Assembly: GCF_036321535.1 (NCBI RefSeq)
Contig: NC_087436.1
Location: forward strand, 111,662,001 to 111,726,000
Origin: Camelus dromedarius
Taxonomy: Eukaryota
DNA: 64,000 bases
Reading direction: 5' to 3'
Made by a program: the position numbers and the translations under genes. The notes beneath the pieces are model-generated. The model had not been told where the DNA came from. It saw nothing but the letters and a program-made list of their open reading frames with translations, and did not search any database. The first letter of the stretch is position 1, and every line of letters begins with the position of its first letter. Positions 21,656 through 33,474 of the stretch are shown here, one piece after another.

Positions 21656-24239
21656 TGTCCTCTACTCTGAATATTCACATTCATCTTGACTTTTCATATT
21701 TGCTCCTATATCTCTTTATGTAAAAATTATTTTTCAAAAATCCCTTAAATTCTGTGTTAACTATCACCTCTGCCCTCAGTATGTCCTGCCCACCCTTCTC
21801 TCCCTCAATGTCCATATGTCAGCTGGCTCCAGTTCACTCCGGAAATGAGCAGTGAGGACCGTTGTAGTGTACAGGCTGGTTATCTGAAGAGCAGTCTGGG
21901 CCACAGAGGCCTTGGCGTAACTCAGGAGCTTGTTAAAGATGAGTAGACAGGCCCTGCCTCAGACCTATCGAGCTGGAGCTGCCACTTAACAAGGTCCACA
22001 GGTGTTTGATTCTCACTGGCTTCTCGTAGGTTCAAGAAGCACTGATACTTGTCACTTTACTCTCTAAACATGTTTCCTCTGTTCAAAATGAGAAAAATCA
22101 TACCTACATCACTGATTTAAGGTGAGGACCAAATAGGACGAGTCACACACAGCACCCCGCACAACAAGGAGAGCTGGCGTTAAAATACCCTTCCCGTGCC
22201 AGGCCGTTAGTTCGGGGATTCGTGGTGTAATTTTGAAAATGAACAACAATCCCCATTTTGCGCTGGATAATCCTTATCATACTCCTTTTCCATTTTTGAA
22301 ATCCCTAGAAAACCTATCTTATTTTAACACAGCATATAATTCCTTAACTATTTCTCGAGGTGTAAATGATTCAATTCCATGTGTTTTTGTGTATATAGAG
22401 ATTCCAAAAACAGGTGTTTTCTTATCAACATAGAGCTGCCCAGGGGGCGGGATTGCTGTGAGCAACCAATGGGAAGACAATAGGGCTTGCTGAGAGTGAA
22501 GTCCTGCATGGGTGTGAGGTGGCAGCAAGGAATCTTTTGAAGGCCTGAACTGTTTTTTTCAATTCCATCAGGCTCACCACGCTTTCTCAGGCTGCGCCTT
22601 GAATAATAAGCTAACATCCCCGTCATCTCCTCCAGGGAGGACGTCAGAGGGAGGCAGGGCTTCTCGATGGTGGCCTCGAGCGTCCTGCTCCACCTCCTTC
22701 CCTGCACCCTCACAGAGCAGGAAAAGCATGTTCCATCTTATTAGATTTCGGAGCCGTGGACACGGTACAATATTCCTGATTCAAAACTGTCAGCTGAAAA
22801 GAGAGGACTGAAGTCTTGGGTTAGTAATATGAAAAGATATTGAGTGAAAAGGGAAGAAAATAGTCGCAAGGCCTAGGGAAAGATTCTCCCACCAGAAAGT
22901 CCTCTGCGTGTCTCACGCGTCATCCTTATTAAAAAAGGAATTGACGATAGCTCTTAATACCCTCATTGACAAGGTCATCGGCAGATTGGTTTGAATAAAC
23001 TGGCTTGGGGTTTTTCTCAGAGTCAAGTAAAGAGAAAGAGGCAGAGGGGGATGGTTTTGCATTTGGCCAAAAAGTCATTTAAGACCTTGATGTATAAATG
23101 GGCAAAGGAAACAAATGGGAAATTCGCATCAGAAGAAATTTAGATAATAATCATGCTAGGCAGTGTTCATCTTGTCTCGTGTAGTGCAGCCGGCAGTGGG
23201 CATGAAATGTCAAGCGGCAAATCCCCAAGCTCTGCAGGTGGGGAGGGTATTTAACAATGTTTCTGGGGAAGGGCCTCTGGGACTCACATTTCTACCCAAT
23301 TCAGGTTCATCCGTGAGTTACCTTTCCTACCTTCCTCCTTTGGAGCTAGGATTACTCTCTTCCGGCAACTCTCACTGTTTGGAACCAGTTTGTCACTTAG
23401 AGCTCACCTTCCATTGCAGATAAACTCTGCAGTCATAACAGCTCTCATCCGGGGGCCACATATCATATACCATCAATCATAGTCCAGGCATCCCTGTGTT
23501 ATGTAATCACTACCGCCACCTACGCGGGTCACCTCCTTCTCTCCCTCCTCCGCCTCCTCTTCCTTCCTCTCCTCCTCCATCTTCTTCTACTATGAGTAAG
23601 TAAACTGAGGCACAGAGAGCAAGTAGTGCACCCAAGATCACAGACCCAGGAAGTACTCGAGCTGGGATTCAAAGCTGGGCAGGCAGACTGCAGCCCAGGC
23701 TGCGCCTCGAGAGAGTCAGTCTCCTGATCTTTTCTTTGAAGCCTCTTTCTCCCTCCTTACGTTAACGCAGCTTTTCCCACTCACTGTAGGACACCTGTGT
23801 TGTGAGGTGTTACTTGGTATCCGCCCAGGACCGCAATTTGGTGGCCGAGTAAATAGGAAAACATCAGGGTAAAACAGGTTTCTACTCTCCAGGATTTTCT
23901 GAATCTTTTAGTTTCTAATGTGATTCTCCTAGAGGAAGATAAATCGTGCAGTATTATCTTAGATTTATCCGCTCACGGATCCTCTGATGGCACGTTATTT
24001 GGTTGTGCCTGTCTGACGTCTGGGGGAGTGACTGCTGTGCCAGGCACAACTGAGGACACCACTCCACCTGAATGATTCCTGCTCCTGAGAAGACACTTAC
24101 TCCTTCTTTGACTGGAGGTGGAGTTTTCTCCCACACTTCATGCCTCAGGGGGACACAGGCTCGGAGGAAGTTCTCCTTAGCTGCTTGCAGACCATGACTC
24201 TGATCCGCGTGGAAACGAAAGCCCTCTTCCTCTGAAGCT

Positions 24240-25200
24240 AAATGACATTCACCCACCCCACTCCTTACCACTTCCCACTGCCTTTATTTGCTTACCTCTT
24301 GACTTCTTCCCTTCTCCCCTGGGACTTTGGCAATTGCAGAGCTATTTTCCTCTCCCTCCCAATTCCTCCAATTGTCGTGGGCAACATCGACATAGACGAG
24401 CCACTCGACAGCCAGACTTCAAAGCTCCTTTTTCTCCACGACTCCCCATGACACTTGCTTTATTGCCAGGAGTCTGACATGGATGAGCATGTAAACTTCT
24501 GTATCCAAAAATGACCTAAAATTGCCTTCCTTTCAGTTTCCTCCCTTCTTTCCAATGCTTCTCATTCTTCACCACATCAACACCACGATATTCCCAAACC
24601 TCCCTTTGTCACATGGCCCATCTTTCCAATGCTTCCCTTTCTTTCCTGCTCAGTCTATACCCCATGGTTCACACCTGCAACTCTATTGTCATATCCTCAA
24701 ACTTGTCTCCCTCTTATCCTTTTGCTGGACCTTTGTAGTTCTCCTTGGTAATCCTTTCATTCCTGCTCAAAGGTCCTCTTCTCAGTCCAGTAAATCCTAT
24801 TTGCTCGGAAGAACGAAGGAAGATGATATTGATTATTCTCTCTGCCCAAATTAGGATACTGTCCCCCGCCTCTTCCAGTCTAAACAAGTAAGAGTGACTT
24901 ACACTCATGGTTCCCTCCTCTTTTTCCTCCATTATTTCCTCCCAAGGTTATCAGGAATCAACCTCCAATATCTCTTGTACCTTTTGGTGCTATCAGTTTT
25001 AGGAGGGAATGCTTACAATGTATTTCTTTCCTGTAATCTGAATATCACAGATCAGCATTTTCAGGATTTCTCCCTTCTTAGTAGGCTTCACATTTTCAAT
25101 ATCACTTTTCATTACAGTGGCAATGGATTGATCCTGTCCCTTCCACAAACATCCGTATTGCAAAACCATTTCTATTCCTCTTAACACCTTGTGTTGCAAG
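24240..25200 (+). mobile_element. L2 internal (ORF2-derived) fragment
   Basis: Long C/T-rich decayed stretch with L2-like motifs (tggtgacttcaat-like and ccccatggttcacacct...tcctcaaac segments). Confidence 0.5.
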
Positions 25201-26074
25201 CCAGTTTAGGCCAAATTAGATTTCTCCTGATTTAATTAAAATTCCTGCTGTTCAGGAGACATTCTGTGATGTGCAGCCCACATCCCCAGCAGAAACCCAC
25301 CTGCGGGGGAAGGGTGGGTGCTTCAGTAGCTTACCCCTTCCGGGTGTTAGACTCTTGACCTAGCAGGAATCACGTAGGGTCCTCGCAGGCTTGGTATCTG
25401 AACACAGCAATACCTGGATAGGTTCTTTTTTCCAGGATTTTATAAGGATGATAAAAGGATTAGTTGAGCAGGACTAATCCTTTATTATGAAAAGGGAACC
25501 AAATACAGATGATTAGACAGAAATGCTTACAACAGCCATGAGTACAACGATGTTCTAATATCAATAAGCAGATCCTCCTTTGTAAGACACTACAAGAAAC
25601 TCTGATCCAGCTGGACCAAGAAAGCATCTCTTATACAGGCCTGCCGTAGATTCCTTTCTCTGCTTCTCCCTCTCATCTGGTTGACCCCCAGGTATGTGCC
25701 CTATACCATCTTGTCCTGCTGATTTTATTCTCAGCCATTACTTCTGGGTTTAATCACTGTTCACTTTAAGCAAAGTTTTTTATCACTTTATTTTAATTCT
25801 GTTTTGTTTGCCTTTGACATCATCTGTACAATTTTGGGTGCCTGCTTTTCTGCTGCCTCTGAGGAAAGCCTTTGCTTGCCTGCTTGGTGTCGCAGCAGCC
25901 CTCTCCGTAAACTGAATGCTGATCCTACTCAAGTTCACTGCCATGTGGGGCTGCGGCACGTGGGTGTTTATGTGTTTATTCTCATTGGTTGGGTAGGAGA
26001 CCTTTTCGAAATGTGAGCTTAGAATGGACTCCTGTATTGTTCAGAGCCAGGAAAGACCCTTGCTGACCATAATA

Positions 26075-26530
26075 CTGTTGTAAATGTGGTCCATGCTCCA
26101 CCTGCGTCCCTTTCCCTCTACTTGCTGCCCCGTATCTCATCTTTATACCTGACCTTTGCCTTTCTTACTCTACGTGCACCATTCAGAGAGACAGGCAAGC
26201 ATGAAATGTCCAGAAATTAACAACCCCCAAGTTATCCGCAGTCAGTGACTCTGGGGTGTGGCTGTATAAATACCCCAGCTCCCTCACGTCTTGAGCTGGA
26301 TACTTGTGAGGAGCATGTTTTGCATCATTTCCCAGCGTTTCCTCTGGGATGAAGCTCCAGTCACCCACCAGGGTAGCTGGCTTAATTGTACACACTTTGC
26401 TGACCAGCTTCTTTTCCCTGTGTTATTTCCCCTGGCCCCCTACTGGGATTCTCAGCACATCCCAAATGAATTGTCTCCCTCAAATCCTTGTCTCAGGGTC
26501 TTCTTCAGGAATGACCAAAATGGAAGCAAG
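26075..26530 (+). mobile_element. LTR16-family ERVL solo LTR
   Basis: tataaataccccagctccctc...gagctccagtcacccac...cccaaatgaattgtctccctcaaatccttgtctcagggtcttcttc. Confidence 0.8.
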
Positions 26531-26640
26531 CGTTACACATTGTTTGAGCAGCAGTGACTCGGGGCATTCAGTTAACCATTTAACACATTCTCCTCTAAGC
26601 TCTACTGGCTAAGGACTTTGAATTTCACATTTTCCCTCAA

Positions 26641-26985
26641 AATTTTTTTATTGCAATAAAACAGACATAATATAAAATGCACTATCCTAACCATTTTAGG
26701 TGTATAGTTCAGTGGTATTAAGTACATTTATATTATTGCACAACCATTACCACATCCCTCTGCAGAACTCTTTTCCTCTTACAAAACTGAAACTCTGTAC
26801 CTATTAAACGATGAATTCCCATGACCCCCACCCCTACTCCCTGCGACCAATATTATACTTTTTAAAAAAAATTTCCCCTTTCTCTCTTGCTCCAACTTCT
26901 CATAACCAACATTCTACTTTCTGTTACTATGAGTTCAGCTTTAAAAAAATAAATATTCCACATATAAGTGAGATCATAGACATCA
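26641..26985 (-). mobile_element. L1 3' end (L1MA/MB-like)
   Basis: aaccattttaggtgtatagttcagtggtattaagtacattt...aaaactgaaactctgtacctattaaac...ccacatataagtgagatcat. Confidence 0.85.
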
Positions 26986-27409
26986 AAGATTTAAGTTCTC
27001 TGTAAAGTAGTCCCAAGAACAATTCTTTCTAAGGAAGGGTTATATTTCTCTAGGGATCTCAGGGTCTGCTCACCCCTCTTAAGTGGGTTTCTCACTCCAT
27101 GAAATACACAATCATTCCTGGAATAACAAATAATAGGTTTAATTCTTAGGAGAAAAAGAGAGCCAAGAAGATTATATCCAACGATACTTAGATTATGACA
27201 GGATAGTAGCAGCGTGAACTTTTTGAAATGTGGCTGATTAATGCATTATAGATTTAAAACAAATTTATTGAATTATATTCTGAGCAGCCCAAAAGTAAAT
27301 GTATTCCATGTGATAAGAGCAGATGCCTAGTGGTCCAGAAGAATGTATTCAAATCCTTCCTGTTAATGGAGAAAGTCTCCAAATGTAATATATTCATGCA
27401 GTCATCGTT

Positions 27410-27950
27410 TATCTTTTCTGCCAAGAATATTATCAGGCACCTACCACGAAGAACAGAATTCCCTCCCCTCAAGAAGCTCAACATCTAATGTGGTACACAG
27501 AAAGTAGTCAGTGTATCGCTGATGTATAATCAGAAGTATTACAACTGAGAAAGACGTAAGAGGGAACTGAAGGCAGAAGAGATTCCTACCCAGATTAGGG
27601 ACTTAGGTAGAGTTTCCCTGAGCGGTGATGGCCCAGCTCAGTCCTGAAGGATGCATGTGAGATAACGGGGAGAAAAGAAAGCAAAGATGCTCCAGGAAGA
27701 GGTGTCACCAGGAGGACGGTCCCACACAGGGACTCTTTGGAGAGCCTGCAGGGGCTTCTTTAAAGCTGGATCCTCTGGTATCAGGGTGATGCCACAGGAA
27801 AGGTGAGGCTGGAGAACTGGTGAGATTTGGATGAGATACCAACCTGTTTGCTTTTAAGTGATAATGAATGGGTAATCAATGAAAAGTTTTAAGCAGGGGA
27901 ATAATATAAAGTTTTAAGAAGCTATCTTCAGCTGTAGTGTGGTAGTTTTC
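27410..27950 (-). mobile_element. L2 fragment
   Basis: ccctcaagaagctcaacatctaatgtgg...ttccctgag...cctgaaggatg...gaaaagttttaagcaggggaata. Confidence 0.65.
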
Positions 27951-28129
27951 ATGTTTTAAGTTTGTTTGTAAGGATGACTGTCATGACAAAGGAGTAAAGT
28001 CTTTTCTCTCCCATGAAAGAGAGAAGCTCAGATTTCCCACGTGATCTAAAGCATGGCGCTCCAGAGAAGGGCAAAGCCTCACCTCCCACCACCGTCTAGC
28101 CTGCTCCTTCTGCTCCAGCCCCTCTAATC

Positions 28130-28500
28130 TCAGTTCTTCTCAAATAAGCCAAGCAGGTTGTACTTGCTATTCATTCTTGCTGGAATATTCATCCCTCAGA
28201 TCCTGGCGGGGCTAGCACTCCCCATTTATTCAGATCACCTCTCAGAGAGGCCTTACCTTCCTCGGCACCCCTCTTCCCCGGCCCTCCATCCCCTTGTCCT
28301 GCTTCATTTCCTCTGTTGCACTTGCCGCCACCTGATATTACTCATTTGTGTATTTACCTGTTGGCTTTCTGTCTCCCCGACTAGGATGTAAGCTCCGTGC
28401 AGATGGGGCAAGAGTTTAATGTTTTTCATTGCTTGATCCTCCGAACCTCTAATAGTACCTGCTACTGTTCAATATCAGCTGAATAAATAAATGAATAAAA
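28130..28500 (+). mobile_element. L2 3' end
   Basis: cacctctcagagaggccttacc...ctaggatgtaagctcc...gaataaataaatgaataaa. Confidence 0.75.
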
Positions 28501-29029
28501 TCCAAGTTCTTCTCAAGTCCAGAGACACATAACTGACTGGATGGATGTGAAAATTCTGGCAGAAATTCTTGTCATAATTTCATTACTGTTCTTAGGATTA
28601 AGCTGGCTTGATACCGTTATGGTCACAAAAAATCACTAGCAATTTCCATAATAAACCCATTTTTCACAGACACATGCCCTTTGCTTGGTCTTGCAGGTTC
28701 TTACAATAGGCGTAATTAAAGCAATAAATAAAAATGTCACCTACCACACGGGACCCAGAATCCATTCCTAAGGGGATTGCATGGGTTCTGACCCCTGTTT
28801 CACTAAATGCACCCTTAAATGGAGGAAGGAAAAGTGCTCTTAAATAATGAATGAGTGGGTGTGCGTCCACTGGCTGCCATTCTCACAATTCAAGGCCGCG
28901 GCTCCCCTGAAGAACAGGTCTTTCTGCTCCCTGTACCTGAAGACAGTGCTCGCAGTCATCATTGCTTCTGGAGACCAGAGCTCTTTACAACGTCTCTCTT
29001 TATATGGTTCACTCACAGCTGGTTCGTCT

Positions 29030-29495
29030 CCTGATTGCTGATCCTACAGTGGGTTTTGGGAGACAGTTTTCAACAGAGATTTTGAATTTCTGCACATCTC
29101 CCAAATAGAAGTATTGGCAGTATTTTGTTTTGTGCTTTCTGTGAAAATTTGTTTAGCAAATGACCTTGGCAAGAGAAAGATAATGTATCCCTTTGGTGCA
29201 AAATTGGGCAGGTTTGTTCGCTCTCTATTATGGAAAAGATGGGGTTTCCGAACTTTTGGTTCCTCTTCTATAATGCAACCCACTGTGAGTTCATGTGCTA
29301 CCTGGCCCTGCTCCTCTCTCTGTGGGAACTGGGGCTTGGAGAACTTGGAGAACTGCTGATGCTTCGGCCAGTGCTGTTGCTGTCCCTGCCTCCGCCCCAG
29401 GAGTCTTGTATCTTTTGCCAGCATCCATGATACTGTGGTGGGTTAACTTGTTTACTTACAAAGAGTACAAGATCTCTTCATAGTCTTGACAGTTG
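29030..29495 (+). mobile_element. ERV1-class solo LTR (MER39/MER34-like)
   Basis: caggagtcttgtatcttttgccagcatccatgatactgtggtgggttaacttgtt...ttgaca resembles the MER39-group 3' end. Confidence 0.6.
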
Positions 29496-29629
29496 ACGTT
29501 GGTACATTCTTGCTGATTATATATTATCATACAGATTAGGCTCTGTATGGTCATACAAACAAAAGCTGGTAACCAGGGTGACGAAGTACCAGAAAATCAT
29601 TATCTCATGAACAGCTGTTGAATGGACCC

Positions 29630-30050
29630 AAAGAGTTCAGCCTAGAGAACAAAAGGCTAAGAAAGGCCATGACAGTGGTCTTCTACTCTATGAAGAGTAA
29701 CATAGAAGAAAGAAGCCTCTCTGCCTGGGCTGCTACAAAGGACACTGTTCAAACCAATATGAAGAAGACATATTGAAGCAAATTTCAGCCAGTGAGTTAC
29801 CTGCCAGGAGCTATAAGTAATGTACATGAATGGATCGGATTTTATAATAAAGATCTAAATTATTTGGCTCAGACTCTCATTAGGCATGCTCAATAATGGA
29901 ATGGGTTTCCTTAAGGGGTCCTGTGTTCATGGATATGGAAGGTATTTAAACACACCTTTGGGACTGTGCATAAAGGATCCATTCTTCCACTAGAGAAGAG
30001 ATTGCTTCAGATGATAAGTCTCTTGAACAAGCTCAGATTCCAGAAAATTT
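29630..30050 (+). mobile_element. L3/CR1 3' end
   Basis: gttcagcctagagaacaaaaggctaag...gtcttc...aatggaatgggtttcctt...cagatgataagtctc. Confidence 0.6.
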
Positions 30051-30264
30051 TGGTTATTTTCCTGCTGATGAATCTCTTCTCGACCACAGGCCAAGGGAAG
30101 TTAGAATGCAGCTTTCTGGGGCTTTAAGCCATTACATGCACTTCTTCTATGCTGTTCTGCTGACATCTCATAAAAGCAGAACTCCAGTCTAGAAAGGATC
30201 TGTAAACAGACATGGAAAACCTGGATTGGTTGCCAGGTCATACTGTCTGCTTCACTACATGCTC

Positions 30265-30960
30265 ATTCATTCACTGCACAATTACTTACCATCTATTTTC
30301 TCCTAGACCCTGTGCTGGGTGTGGAGAATAGGGGAAAAAGCAAAACATGGCTCCTTGTCCTTGAAAATTTCACATCTAATTGGGGACAGAGACAAGAAAT
30401 CAAGAACTAGAGTATATTTTCCTTAGTGTTAAGACAGATGTAAACCTGGAGTCCTATAGGAGCAGAGAGAGGGAACATATAAAACAGACTTAGGGATAAA
30501 AAGAGGGTTCTGGACGGTTTCCCAGAAAAGATGATGTGTGAGCTGAATCCTAAGGGACAAAGAGTAATTGAGCAATTTCAGAAGTGAGGTTAAGGTGTAA
30601 CCTTCAGAAGGAAAAGTATGCCGTAAGGCACAAGACAAGGTGTGAAACAGCCTGATGTGTCCAAGGAACTGCAATGGTATGGTCCATCCAAAGCCAGGAG
30701 TGTATGGGGAAGGGTGAACAGGCTGGAGAGTTAAGCAAGAGCCGATTACAAAAGGCCTCGTGGGACAGAAACGGGCAGACATGGACAGACGTAGGTAGAC
30801 TGTCCTCTCATGACGATGACTCTGGCTGCCATGAGCAGACTGGGCTGGTGAAGGGAAAGACGCAGGGGCAGGAAATCCATGAGGAGCTGCTTGCGGTAAT
30901 CCCAGAGAGAGATGCTGAAAGTTGAACAACTGTGATTAGGGTGCACTCTAACTCATGGGC
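30265..30960 (-). mobile_element. L2 fragment
   Basis: cattcattcactgcacaattact...ttcccagaaaagatgatgtgtgagctgaatcct...ggctggagagttaagca...gagcagactgg. Confidence 0.7.
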
Positions 30961-32040
30961 ATAAAGGTCTCCTGGACTTGCCTTAGAAATTCTTCATGTG
31001 TTCAGAGTAATTCTAAGCTCTTAATCTTGGACTCTGCAGCCTGCCCAGGCCAGGACTTCACGACAGAGTGAGCGGGGCTGGTCCCACTGGTGGGGCATCA
31101 GTGGCATCAGGTAAACCCGGCCAGGAGGGCAATCCCTTCCCATCCTCGTTAGTTTGGGCTTTTCCAGTTCCTCTGAAAGGCATTATGGCTGCTGGGTGCA
31201 TCCTCCAGTGTCTATGCAGAACATTTGAAGACCGTGAGAAAGGGAAGGGGCTTGGTTGCTAAGATACCAATGGCCCCTGTTAACCACACCTACAGGGCAG
31301 CTCCAGATGAAGTCCTTTCTCTTTAGAAAGGAATTTCTAATTCCCTCCTTCAACTGCCACAGCCTACATATTTAATTTCCTTTTGGGGTTCAACAGCCAT
31401 CTGGCCCATTAACAAAGGGTTTCTAACTGATTATGCAAAGTATTCAGAGTTAAAACTTAGCCAGATGTGAGTCTCTTTTTCTTTACCCCTCCTTTGAAAT
31501 CCAAAAAAAGTTGGGCAGGTTTTTTCTTTCTTTCTTTGGGGCTAAGAACAAATGACATTGTGACAGCAGCTTTTAAAGTTTTCACATACATTTCTTTTCC
31601 CAAATGATTTTTACTGAATACCCACAACTTCAGACAAAGAACTGGGCTAGGCATGGAAATAGATAAGAGGGAGATGTGGAAATTTCCTCCTAGTAAGTCA
31701 TGATCAGGTTGGAGACAGAAGGTGTGAGGCAGGAAATGTGGGCAGTAAGGGTCAAGTTGTACTGTGACCCAGCCCCTAGCATCACTGTGCAGTGCCCACT
31801 TCTTGGTGGGTATGAAATACAGATTTGGAGCAGAAAATAAATCTCAAATCAGAACTCACGGTGCACACTCTCCCTTTGGACACCATGGGTTCCTAACAAA
31901 AGTAATATTTAGAGTAATTCAACCACAGCCCAGTGACATGCGCCCAGGAAAGAAACACGAGCTCGGGAGGGCAGGCACATGCCGGGAGCACAGTGTCACC
32001 CCGAGAGCTGTAACCAGAGCGTCAGGTGCATCTCTGGACC

Positions 32041-32441
32041 TGTTCTGGGCCGAATTGTATCCCCTCGTCCTCCAATTCATACGTGAAGCCCTAACTCCCA
32101 GCACCTCAGAACGTGACCTTATTTGGAGATAAGATCTTCAAAGAGGTGGTTAAGTTAAAGTTACACTATGAAGGTGAGGCCATAATTCAATCTGATTGGT
32201 GTGTTCTTATAAGAAGATTGAAGAGACCCCCAGGGATGCTTGTGCACAGGGCAAAAAATATGTGAGGACACAGCAAGGAAACGGCCTCCTGCGAGCCAGG
32301 GAGAGTCTTCACAAGACATCAACACTGTTGGCACCTTGAACTTGAACTTCAATCTTCCAGAATGGTGAGAAGATAAACATCTGTGGTTTAAGCCATCTAG
32401 TGTGCGGTATTTTATCATGGCGGCCCCAGCAAATTAATATA
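32041..32441 (+). mobile_element. MLT1B-like MaLR solo LTR
   Basis: tgttctgggccgaattgtatcccc...aattcatacgtgaagccctaactcccag...gtgaccttatttggagataag...ggcaccttgaacttg...tttaagccatctagtgtgcggtatttt...taatata. Confidence 0.9.
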
Positions 32442-32799
32442 AGAATTCTTACACAGACCCTCCAAATCTAGGGAGAAGCAAATTGAATCTTATCCTTCCC
32501 TCATCTCACTGGAAATTAGTGGGGAAAGCTTGTAGGGTGGGACTGGTGAGACTTGGGAAATAAAGGACTCAGAAGGCAATGTACTCTGATGAAATACAAC
32601 CCCAGGGCTGACTTAGAGGAATGAAGCAAAAGGCATGTCCCTCCTTCCCTGGAATAGCTTACTCTCTCCTTCCCTCCACGTAGGTAAACACCGGTGGAGA
32701 GGATGTTTAGCACGATCTCAGAAGTGAGAGCATCTGCTGGGAGTTGGAACAGTGCTGTGATTCAACTCCCTCCTGCCTTAGACCCGCCCCTTCTCCCTG

Positions 32800-33470
32800 C
32801 CCATCACCATCCAAGACCTCAGGCTCTTGAAAATACTCACCAAATACACACAGCTATTGAGGAACACTCAATAGCTACTCTCAAAGGATACATTTGAGGA
32901 AAAATTAGTTAAAAGTCACTAGTAAAATATCAGAGCAAAGAGAAGTTCTGCCCAGAGATAGTAAGAGCAAGATTAAAAAACAGAGTATGGCACATTGTAA
33001 ACTGACTATAACTCAATTAAAAAAAAAATCAGAGTATGTCAACTACACAAACCACAGAAAAAACAGAGGAAGAAAAACGCATACAAAGCACAGAGAACCC
33101 AGTCTAGAAGAAAACAGAACCCAAGGAGCAGAAAGCAGTTCCCCACCAGTGTTTCTAGGTATCGAGCAACCCAATGAGAGTGTGAATTCCACACAAACAA
33201 GTGTTCAAAGATGAGGTAATAAAGCAATAGAACCTGATGAAAAGGGGGCATTGTGGCCTGAAGGAGTAAAAATGGTCAAATTAAATACTTTCATTACAGA
33301 ATCAAAAAATAAAATTAAAGAAGCAAGGAAGGGAACAGACATCGTTGAAAATTCAATTAGAGAAAATGTGAAAAGACTTAAAAAGCACACAAGAAAAGCA
33401 GATTAAAAAGTGCAAAAAAGGACTCAGGTAGTGGCTAATAGATAGGGAGAGAAGAAAAAGATGAATCTAG
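32800..33470 (+). mobile_element. Decayed L1M 5'/ORF1-region remnant
   Basis: A-rich strand with aaatacttttc-like and aaaattaaagaagcaagg...gaaaattcaattagagaa segments; weak. Confidence 0.4.
32990..33029 (+). mobile_element. Ultra-short L1 3' tail with TSD
   Basis: gcacattgtaaactgactataactcaatt+A10 between cagagtatg copies at 32981-32989 and 33030-33038. Confidence 0.8.
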
Positions 33471-33474
33471 AATT

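Noticed and set aside
24101-24237. Minus-strand exon ending in GGA|gtaagt (ORF 23954-24271)
   Set aside because: The acceptor has no pyrimidine tract (purine-rich antisense L2) and the peptide is unrecognisable.
30429-30929. 166-aa minus ORF
   Set aside because: Lies entirely in a decayed L2 and shows no convincing RT motifs.
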